Shown: in pieces, positions 53,904 to 64,000 of the stretch
How the letters are laid out: each line of letters opens with the position of its first letter
Position numbering within the stretch: the stretch's first letter is position 1
Assembly: GCA_973851085.1 (NCBI GenBank)
Contig: OZ316776.1
Span: 1,178,001-1,242,000 of the forward strand
Direction: 5' to 3'
Length of the DNA stretch: 64,000 bases
Origin: Ptychomitrium polyphyllum
Taxonomy: Eukaryota
Notes under the pieces: generated by a model
Told to the model about the DNA's origin: nothing
The model's database searches: none
The model's input: only the letters and a program-made list of their open reading frames with translations
Program-made: the position numbers and the translations under genes

Positions 53904-55444
53904 ATAGAAGCTTCTTAACAAGTTTTTTGAGAATTGAAATGACTATGGAAGCATTGAAAGTAATATAAAAAGCTACTATAATGTATTAGAAAATTATAGA
54001 AAATTCAAACGACTATGTTGCATAATTTATACATGTGGCAATAGCAAGGACTCTTATAATTATTGCTTTAATTATTTCATTTACATCATTATATTTTATA
54101 AGTTATACTATTGCATTAAAATTTATTGTATCACTCATAATTTGAATTTATTAAATTTTCCATTAATTTCTTAAAATTGCCAATATTAATGCACATCTTC
54201 AATAATTTAATATATCAAATGCATTTATAACGTTTTAGAATATGCACAAATATTCATAATTTTTTCAATATCAAGAAATTACTTGGTGCCACTTAAACAA
54301 TACATAATTTTATACAAGCATACCAGTATAATATCTAAGGCAAATACTCTAATACACAATATTTTACAATGTTTAGTAAAGTTAAGCATTCAAAAAAAAA
54401 AACAATTTATTCTTTTATTATGATGCACTATTGTGCAAAGTCATATATGTAAGAAATGTTATTGATTTGGTTATTTAAAGGGCTAATTTTTTTTATAAAA
54501 TCCTAGAACATTTTAATATAATGAAATTTTTTTAAAATAATTTCTTATTAAGAAGTAATTTGTATAAAGGCATGGAAAATCCAAAGACAAATTTGTCACT
54601 TTTCAAGTTCAATTATGAGAAGAATTAATGTAAAAGTATCTTCAAAGGCATATGTGATAAGCTCTCAAATCACTACATATAGCTTTTAAATAACCACATT
54701 GGATAACTATTCCATGATGCATTCCAATTGGTACATAATGAATATTCTCAATGAAAAGACATTTTTAATAAAAAGACACCTTTAGTACTTAATTTAAGAA
54801 GTAACTTCAACGAACTTTAAGCAAATATAACTTTAAGACCAAAAAGACCTCAAGAAGATGAAGGCCCTAACTTCTCATGAGTAAAGTTGATTTTTCATTC
54901 TATTAGAACCCAAGAAATGAAATTAAGTCCCCTGCAAAAGCACAAAAAAATATACAATCAACCCATTAGAACATGGATTTGAGAATGACAGAATCCCGCA
55001 CATAAATATCATATCAATCCTTGGGCTCATTAAACGCCCTCAAGATTCCCAACAATCACCGGTGCTGCGTCCCTTGGCTCATGCCGAAGGCAGCCTGAGT
55101 CTCACTTGTGGCATCGATGCATAGCTGCAAAACCCTAAATTCCGGCAAATTCGTTCCAAATCGAAACAATACGACCAACGCAAGCCATCACTCACTTCAC
55201 ATCCGTGGTGCGGCTCTTCAATCAGTCCTGACTGTGGCGCCCACGAAAGCGTCGAACTGTGGGCGATCGAACACCAAGGGCGCGAGAGAGCTGCGAACCA
55301 CGCACAGCTTCCCGCAGAGAGTGAGAAGAGCCGCTGGTCTGCTCTTGGCTCTCCAGGATCTGCCCTACGCGAGTGACTTTGCGCCCAAATTCCGATCGCC
55401 ACTCTCCGCGCGGCCGGACCGGCGGGCGTCGCGGCTGGGCAGCG

Positions 55445-58400
55445 ATGATGCAGGTGCCGGAGGACGCCGTGAGCAGCGCCGAGGAGCAGGACAAATGGCT
55501 CGCGGACGCCGTGGCGCTCGTGCAGCACAACGCCTTCTTCATGCACCGCGCTGTGGTAAGTTGGCGTGACCTGCATTCGCTTCTAGGGCTCGATCGGTGG
55601 CGTCCCCTTGCGCGGACAGGGGCGGGGTTGGCGGGGCTTTTCTGAGTGGTGTTCGGGCGTGCAGGACGCCAGTAATCTGAGGGATGCGCTGAAGTACTCG
55701 GCGCAGATGCTGTCGGAGCTTCGGACGTCGAAGCTGTCGCCGCAGAAGTACTACGAGCTCTGTATCCTGGGTGCTGTGTGCTTTGGTTTGAGGTGTTTAG
55801 GGCTTTGGAAACGGTGGATGATAGAGAGCTGACCGGTCGTGCGAGGTGCTGGTCTGAGTTGCTTGGGCCACTTGGTGGCGTCTTGTGTGGTCTGCGGTCG
55901 ATGAATCTCTTTGTAGAGGGGCTGGTTGAGGGGGCTGTGGTGAGGAGACGGTGAGGATTGGCGCCCTTGACATGTGACAAGACATGAGGACGTTCGATGA
56001 GCTGAGGCAGCTGGAGTCGTTTTTCAAAGAGGAGACGAAGCGAGGGCGCAGCAATGCCGACTTGTACGAGCTTGTCCAGCATTCGGGAAACATTTTACCG
56101 CGATTGTAAGTTCTCGATGTCCGTGAGATCAGCCCCCCCTTGCATGTGCGGAGAGCACGTGAGGTGACGGGTCGAGTGTCGGGTTCCATCAAGCAAATGG
56201 ATTTGAAGGTGGAGCTCATCAGGTCGGGCTTGTTTGGGACGTGTAGGTACCTGCTCATCACCATTGGATCGGTGTACATCAAGTCACAAGAAGCGCCAGC
56301 GAAGGACATTCTGAAGGATTTGGTGGAGATGAGCCGCGGCGTGCAGCAGCCGATTCGGGGGCTTTTCTTGCGGAGTTACCTGTCTCAAATCAGCCGGGAC
56401 AAGCTGCCAGACGTTGGATCACCTTACGAAGGGTGATTCGCAATTTACACCTGCATTGCTAGCTTGTTTACTACCGGAACCTAATTACAATCGAAGTGGT
56501 GCTGACACGAGTGCATTCTTTGACGGTGCTCAAGTGCCGGCGATGCCACCGAGTGTTGTTAGGAGCTGACTTTGTGGTTTAGGTTATATTCCATGCTCTT
56601 AGCGAATCAATCCGCTGTTTCTGATTTTCTATGATTTAGGTTTTCTTCTTAACTTAAAACTGTGTTTCAGGGAAGGTGGCAATGTGATGGACGCGGTGGA
56701 GTTCGTGCTTCAGAACTTCACTGAGATGAACAAATTGTGGGTGCGGATGCAACATCAGGTTTGGTCACCTCTCCTGCTTGGCTTGGTGATATGTTGGGTA
56801 TGGTTCATTGAACTGGGGGTACATAGCGGCCACACGTGAGGGCCTTGAAATCCTTAAAATGGTATCGGTGAAGAGAGTGCCTGTTGGCATTTTTCTCCGT
56901 GCACAGGGGAGCTGACCGTGCTGCTTTTGTCGATCGTCGTGATGCAAGCAGGGACCTGCTCGAGAGAAAGAGAAACGGGAGAAAGAACGAAGTGAGCTTC
57001 GTGACTTGGTAAGGGTTGAAATTTCTTATGACGAGCATAGTTTATTTTCCTCCAGTATTTACTATCGACCTATGCGTCCCATGTATGAAGTTTGTAGCAA
57101 AGGTCTGAACGTCTTTTCACTTATCTTATTGCGAAGAATTCCTGAATGACATATGTCTTCAGGTGTTGTCTGATGGTCTTTCTTGGCTGTTTGTTGCTTA
57201 CCTCTTGTAAACGATGGTACGGGTCAGGTGGGCAAAAACCTGCATGTGCTAAGTCAGCTGGACGGTGTAGACCTGGAGATGTACAAGGAGGTTGTCCTCC
57301 CACGGGTGCTTGAACAGGTATTACGTCTATTGAGTTTCTCGAGAAGTCTACCGCTGTTTGCAGGTCATTTCATGGGACAGTCCGATGTGACAGTGACTCG
57401 CTTGAATTGGGACTTGGAGCCTGGGGATCATATTTTGGAAACGACGCTCCTATTTAGAAGCTTCCTTTCGTTCTTACTCTCATGATTAATGGTTGATCCA
57501 ATTCATGAGACTGTTTCGAAAATGAGCTACAGGGTGTGAGATCGTTGTCTTTAGTATGAGAGTTACTGAGTGAAGCGTTGGTTGTGTGGAATAGATTGTG
57601 AATTGCAAGGATGAGATTGCGCAGTACTACTTGATGGACTGCATCATTCAGGTGTTTCCAGATGATTTTCATCTGCAAACCTTGGAAACTCTTCTGAGTG
57701 CGTGTCCCCAGTTACAGGTAAATAGTCATTGACGTTTACACTTTCGCTCTTATTTCTACTGGCTGTTTTTGGTGGAAGGGTTCTCTGTTTAGGTTCCCCT
57801 ACGATCTTTGGTTTTTCGTTCTTGGAGAAAATAAGAATGGTTTGGCTGTGACCTGCACGCTTATTGTAACTGCTGATGAATGAGACGTGCATCCTGGTAG
57901 GCCGCTCTGGTAGGCACCTGTTGCCAGCGGGTGGGGATTTTTAATCATATCCTTAGTTATGGTATATGAACTTGGCAAGGGAAGCTAACGCCGAGGACAT
58001 GAATAAGGCTAATCTGTGTATGCGTGTGCAGCCAACAGTCGACATAAAGACGGTGATGTCTCAGTTGATGGAACGTCTGTCTAAATATGCAGCTGCCTCA
58101 CCTGAAGTTTTGCCCGAATTTCTACAAGTAGAAGCCTTCACAAAGTTCAGTCACGCAGTTGTTGAGGTAACAACTAGATTCGTTCTTGCTCAGATGCAAT
58201 TTTTTTAAACTAGTCTTGTTTGGTAATCTAGGTGTGCGGTTCTTGGCGTACGAGTTGTATCTTTGTGGTCAGTTGAACCACAGAAGCAGCTTCATGTTGC
58301 AGCGTACTCAGGTCTGGAGCTTGTGCGGTGCTCCGAGAGCACTTGATTTCTGACGCTTGCATTCCTCTCACGTTTCAGAAGGCTCGGTAGAGAAGTCAAG

Positions 58401-61400
58401 TTATGATAAATTGGTGCCTCTTTACCTCCATGGTTTTTACCAAGATAACTCTTGCCAACAACTTGGAAGGGCATGTTCCTGTCTAACAACAGACTGACAC
58501 TGAATTTGAATAGGTGATTGAAGCTCAGCCAGACATGCCATTAGTGGGAGCTGTGAGCTTGTATGTGGCCCTGCTTACTTTTGTACTTCGAGTTCATGTC
58601 GACCGGCTTGATTACGTCGATCAAGTTTTGGTAAGCCCTGTACTTATCTGGTTGTTGACTTTGTATTTTCTTAATCATCTAAACAATTATTCGACTAATC
58701 GTTACTTACTCCAATTTGTCGTTTATTTGGCTGGAAGTGAGAAACCACACGCTCAGAGGCAAATGGGGGAGTTGTTGGGGCCGCGAAATTTGCATGAATG
58801 TTGTGCAGAGCAAAAGTCGAAGATACTTAGCTTGCGTCATCTGAAGTATTTGAGCTGTTCTCCTGTGGTTTGGTCACGATAGGGAGGGTGCGTAAAGAAA
58901 CTCGAAGGTAAAGGGAAGGTGAAGGACGCAAAAGCGACGAAGCAGCTGGTAGCCCTGTTGAGTGCCCCTCTAGAGAAGTACAAGGACATGGTGACCATCC
59001 TGAGGCTGAGTAATTATGGAAAGGTGATGGAGCACTTGGACTATGACACGAACAGGGTGATGGCAGTGGTCCTGATACAGTCAATTCTGACAAACAACAC
59101 TCTGATTACAGCTCCTGAGAAGGTAGTCTTTTGTGTGTGGATGCCGCTTTCCTGTCTCAGCTGGATGCGAATAGTGAGCAGAACTGCCAGAAACTTGATT
59201 GGCATGACAGCGCGTTAACGATATGCATCAGCTCCTCCTATCCGTATCTCTTTTTGCTGTGAATCGTGCTAATGTTGCAGTATTTGGGTTCCGTGCTTTG
59301 ATGTTTTAATACGGGGATGTGTTTACAGTGGTAGTGAATCGAGCATGTATTTTGTCAAGAACCTCACCAATTCCGATTTTAGGTGGACTAGTACGTTGAT
59401 CTGCTGCACGTCTCGGTTTGAGTGACGAACGAGGCACGAGTGCATTCTCGGATTGTTTGGCTTTTTGTCCTGCCTTGGTTCTGGAGAAACTGATGAAATG
59501 CATTGCAATGGCAGGTGGACGGACTGTTTGATCTTTTGAAAGAGCTCATCCAGGACAGTGAGGGGGCACCATCCATTGATGAGGTAGGTGTGGGTGATGG
59601 GGATGGTCACGTTATTCCCTTCGGTGGTTTGCTCTCTCAGCAGATATCCCTTTCTGGAACAGCTTGATTGTATCAGGTCATGAGATCTTGAACTGGCTGT
59701 GGACAGTTGGACGAGGAAGACTTCAAGGAGGAGCAAAATCTGGTGGCGCGTCTGGTACACATGTTGGTGAACGATGATAACGAGCAGATGTTCCAGGTGG
59801 GGACCAGAATGTGACACGTTCTTTGAAGAACCAGAGTGGCCGTTTGCATGCTCCTAATGTGAAAGTCTTGGAAGTCCCGATGTTGGCTGTCGAGGTGAGG
59901 AGGTGAGAGTCGAGAGGGATATACAGCAGTGGGAAAGCTGCGTGATGGTGTGTGGGGGTCTTACTGGATGGTTTGGGTTGCAGATTTTATTGACCGCAAG
60001 GAAGCAGTTTGGTCAAGGGGGTCCAAGAAGACTGCCATTCACTCTTCCACCTCTGGTATTTGCTGCTCTGAAGGTGCTAATCTCTCACTTGACCTTCTTC
60101 TTCTGTGCTTTACATGTAAGATTACTTCGTGAGTCGCGGCTATTTTACTTCTGAAGTGGGCAGCATATGAAGCGTGAGGTCGTGGATGTGGGATACAGTT
60201 GGTGCGGTCGCTGCAAAATGAGGATGTCCCAGATGATGGCCCTGTATCCTTGAAGAAGGTGTTTCAGTTCTTGCATCAGGTGAGCATGGCATCTCCTTTT
60301 CTCGGACTGCATATTAGGTAGTGGTTTTCATCTTGCAATACTATTTGTACTGTATCTGAGTCTGCTGAGATGATCTTATGAGTGGTAGTACATCGGTGCC
60401 GTCGTCTTTGATTACTGGCGAGGGGTCTCTCTGTTTTAAACGATCTGAAGCGGAGGAGATTTTTTGTCAGTGGTATTAGCGGAGGACGATGTTGATGGAG
60501 GCATTCGAGATCCTCATTTGACATATTTTGGGATGTGGTAGACTGTGGAGGCGCTGTCAGTGGTACCAGCTCCTGAACTTGCGTTGCGGCTGTACTTGCA
60601 ATGTGCGGAGGTGAAGTTTTCTTGTTCTCTTGTGTCTCTATCCATGTATCCTGCAGTTACCTGGGGGGCCTACTGTATTGCTTCGTTTTGATAGTTTTTG
60701 CAGGACTTATGGCTCTTTGATTAGGAGAACAGATTAATTGGATCAGGAGTTTGAATGGGATTACTTGAAGTTGTTTTGCCCCCGTATTGAAGGCTGAGGT
60801 TGGTTGAGCGATGAAGTTAATGCTTCACGTGAGCTGGTCTTTGTGTTAATTACCTGGATATATTGTGTGCCATCAGGCCGCGGGTGTGTGCAACTTGGAG
60901 CCGGTTGCTTACGAGTTTTTCACACAGGCTTTCATGATCTATGAGGAGGAGATTGCGGTGAGCGGTGCTTCTTTAACGTGTATTATGGATTAGGATATGT
61001 AGACAGGATACGCTCTTTTCGGTTATTGGCTTGTGGACGCTGTACAGGAGGGTAATAAATTTGCACCTTTTTGTGGTGCACAGGACTCGAAGGCCCAGGT
61101 GACTGCTTTGCAGCTGATAATTGGCACCCTGCAGAGAACTCGAGTTTTTGGTGTGGAGAACAGAGACACGCTTACGCACAAGGCGACAGGGGTAAACTCT
61201 AAGCACCGGTGCATGTTCTTGCTGTTGAAAGAGACTGCTGACTTTGATTTGCAATTGTTATAAGGTCCTGAAAGAGAAGGTTAAAGCGTAGTGGAAATGA
61301 TTGGATTGGAACCCGCTGATATGATGCTTGTTGATTAAAAATCTGGTGCTTATGTGCTTATTCAGTTATCAGAGATCTCCTTTCCTTGTGCATGCTGCTA

Positions 61401-62411
61401 GTATGCCAGGCTGGCACGGGAAACTGGCTACCGTGCACGGTTGTTCAAAGTTGGTTTTGTGGATCACAAAGACCACGAAAATGAAAACGCGTCTAGTAAT
61501 GTGCAATTCGTTATCCTTGGTGGTAGAAAGATGTTCCAGAGAAAGATTGCTGTACACAACTTGCTAACGGTTCGTTTTTTGGAAGCAGTATTCAGCGAAG
61601 TTGTTGAAGAAGCCCGATCAGTGCAGGGCTGTGTACGCTTGCTCTCATCTATTCTGGGTGGAAGAGGGAAGCGGTGTGAAGGACGGGGAAAGGTGAATTG
61701 CTTCTTTGATTCCAATAGAGCTGGTCGCTAGGAAGATCACCGGGGCTCCTTTTCCATTTGTTGTGGACTGCACTGTATACACTGCATTTAAGGGAGGTTG
61801 GTGATAACTACTTGACGGGCAGAACGTTTCAACATGAATGCCTCGTAGAATATCGGTGACCTGTGAGTATTTGAGACCTAAAAGTTATTTTTTACCGTGC
61901 ACAGGGTGCTGCTATGCTTGAAACGGGGTTTGAGAATCGCCAACGCTGCGCAACAGATGTCCAGTGCTACCCGAGGAAGCAATGGGCCAATGACGCTATT
62001 CGTGGAGATTCTGAACAAGTAAGCGACTATCTTTTGAACGTATAGCACGTCTGGCTAGCTGCTCTAGTTGGCATTGTGGTGCTTGACGTTGTGGGAGCTA
62101 TTGTTTACCGGGGGTTGATGTTTGCGTGCTTGGTCGGAGGCATGTCGTTGTAGAGAGCTAAGACTTGCGCGGGGTTGGGTGGATGATATTGTAGGTATTT
62201 ATATTACTTCGAGAAAGGCAACACCCAGGTTACAAGTACGATAATTCAAGGGTTGTTGGAGCTGATCGTGACGGAGATACAAAGCGAGAACACGACTCAA
62301 GATATGCAGGTGGATGCATTCCTGGCGAACACGTTGAGATACATTCAGTTCCAGAAGCACAAGGGTGACTCAGTCGCGGAGCGATACAGCGATATTCAAG
62401 TGCCGAGCTAG
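55445..62411 (+). CDS. VPS35: Vacuolar protein sorting 35 (retromer cargo-recognition subunit), multi-exon
   Basis: Exon translations [120 protein letters not shown] and [20 protein letters not shown] at 55445, TAG at 62409-62411. Confidence 0.95.
55762..55981 (+). other. U12-type (minor spliceosome) GT-AG intron in VPS35
   Basis: 5' site GTATCCT and branch site CCCTTGAC (55964-55971) with the A 11 nt from the 3' end, and no polypyrimidine tract. Splicing restores [13 protein letters not shown]. Confidence 0.8.
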
Positions 62412-63004
62412 GGGCAGGGTATGCCAGGACTGTGGTGTTGTTCTCTGCATCATAAGCTGTGACAGCTGTGGGTATTTTTGTAAAGGATTGTTTTCTGCCG
62501 CATGGCCGCATGTTGTCCTGTCGTTCTGTACAAGTTTATATATCTGCGGCAGAGGTTGCTGTGTTGTAGTGAGGGCCGTGTAGGTTGAGGACTTCTTATG
62601 TTGAAGTCGTGTCTAGTCAATTGTACAATAATAATTCTTATCAACTTATGAGTTCTTAGTCTTCTTTGTAGTTGGATATGTTTTTTCTCCTTTTGTCGTG
62701 GTTTTCTTTGACGGCTGTAATTGATACGTTTTCCTTAGTAGTTGCAGATGGAGATTTGCATGTATTGTGTGGTTGATTATTTAGTGGATGAGTTACTCTT
62801 CTTTGGAGCATGTTATTGTGAAATCAATGCAAGGAAAATCAGAGTTCGTAACTTGGTGTTAAACGTCATGTGTGTTTACTTAGCGGTGTTATGAATGCAT
62901 TGTATCTTATCTTATGTGTAAATTTGGTACTTTCCCCTAATCTTTTACTACTACACAAGTCAAGGCCAGGCCAGGAACGATCTTGAAGTATACTCAATCC
63001 TCGA

Positions 63005-63104
63005 NNNNNNNNNNNNNNNNNNNNNNNNNNNNNNNNNNNNNNNNNNNNNNNNNNNNNNNNNNNNNNNNNNNNNNNNNNNNNNNNNNNNNNNNNNNNNNNN
63101 NNNN
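63005..63104. other. Assembly gap (100 N) flanked by an exact 161-bp direct duplication (62844-63004 = 63105-63265)
   Basis: Run of N with the same sequence on both sides, typical of an unmerged contig overlap. Confidence 0.92.
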
Positions 63105-63315
63105 GTTCGTAACTTGGTGTTAAACGTCATGTGTGTTTACTTAGCGGTGTTATGAATGCATTGTATCTTATCTTATGTGTAAATTTGGTACTTTCCCCTA
63201 ATCTTTTACTACTACACAAGTCAAGGCCAGGCCAGGAACGATCTTGAAGTATACTCAATCCTCGACTACCTCTACACTTCCAGAATTAAAACAAACGTCA
63301 AATTCTGATTCTAAG

Positions 63316-64000
63316 GTACAATTGACTAGACACGACTTCAACATAAGAAGTCCTCAACCTACACGGCCCTCACTACAACACAGCAACCTCTGCCGCAGAT
63401 ATATAAACTTGTACAGAACGACAGGACAACATGCGGCCATGCGGCAGAAAACAATCCTTTACAAAAATACCCACAGCTGTCACAGCTTATGATGCAGAGA
63501 ACAACACCACAGTCCTGGCATACCCTGCCCCTAGCTCGGCACTTGAATATCGCTGTATCGCTCCGCGACTGAGTCACCCTTGTGCTTCTGGAACTGAATG
63601 TATCTCAACGTGTTCGCCAGGAATGCATCCACCTGCATATCTTGAGTCGTGTTCTCGCTTTGTATCTCCGTCACGATCAGCTCCAACAACCCTTGAATTA
63701 TCGTACTTGTAACCTGGGTGTTGCCTTTCTCGAAGTAATATAAATACCTACAATATCATCCACCCAACCCCGCGCAAGTCTTAGCTCTCTACAACGACAT
63801 GCCTCCGACCAAGCACGCAAACATCAACCCCCGGTAAACAATAGCTCCCACAACGTCAAGCACCACAATGCCAACTAGAGCAGCTAGCCAGACGTGCTAT
63901 ACGTTCAAAAGATAGTCGCTTACTTGTTCAGAATCTCCACGAATAGCGTCATTGGCCCATTGCTTCCTCGGGTAGCACTGGACATCTGTTGCGCAGCGTT
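63316..64000 (-). repeat. Inverted copy of the VPS35 3' end (last exons and part of the 3' UTR), continuing past the window edge
   Basis: Reverse complement of 61942-62626 with no differences seen by eye. The ORF track shows identical peptides on opposite strands (62230..62511- = 63431..63712+). Confidence 0.9.

Larger units (their letters stand above)
39659..54040 (-). mobile_element. Decayed Ty3/Gypsy chromovirus (host element), interrupted by three insertions
   Basis: 3' LTR ~39659-40080 and PPT/3' UTR 40081-40145, with the body resuming at ~46816. Chromodomain YEVEEILDSCIKNGLVEYLIHW (~47460-47560), integrase and RNase H remnants, RT VVIYLDNILIYSK (~49690-49725), protease ILDIGTTPCFMD (~50700), gag zinc knuckle CLYCGKSRHKICNC (~52080-52125) and a partial 5' LTR 53904-54040. 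Many stops and frameshifts. Confidence 0.8.

Noticed and set aside
55129..55140. AAACCCTAAA as a telomerase RNA template or telomere remnant
   Set aside because: A single telo-box-like motif in the VPS35 5' region, which is common in plant promoters.
62844..63265. 161-bp direct repeat as a biological duplication
   Set aside because: It is an exact copy on both sides of a 100-N placeholder gap, most simply an unmerged contig overlap.

Overview
Eukaryotic, intron-containing land-plant DNA. The gene set, intron style and chromovirus LTR landscape suggest a moss such as Physcomitrium, which is an inference. From 1 to about 13 kb the sequence is AT-rich and non-coding, with small tandem repeats. 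Six protein genes follow: a trihelix/Myb-SANT transcription factor (-), a GT8 galacturonosyltransferase (-), a DUF952 protein (-), a PP2A B'/B56 subunit (+), a class II (COMT-like) O-methyltransferase (-) and retromer VPS35 (+). From about 39.7 to 54.0 kb is a nest of decayed Ty3/Gypsy chromoviruses and solo LTRs whose insertion order can be partly read from target-site duplications. The window ends in a 100-N gap with an unmerged 161-bp overlap, then an apparently identical inverted (tail-to-tail) copy of the VPS35 3' end. I found no clearly new multi-gene system. The best unexplained signals are an ungapped, G-U-biased miRNA-like hairpin at 24.9-25.1 kb, a dense GC-rich four-way-junction element at 17.6 kb, a U12-type intron in VPS35 and the palindromic VPS35 duplication.
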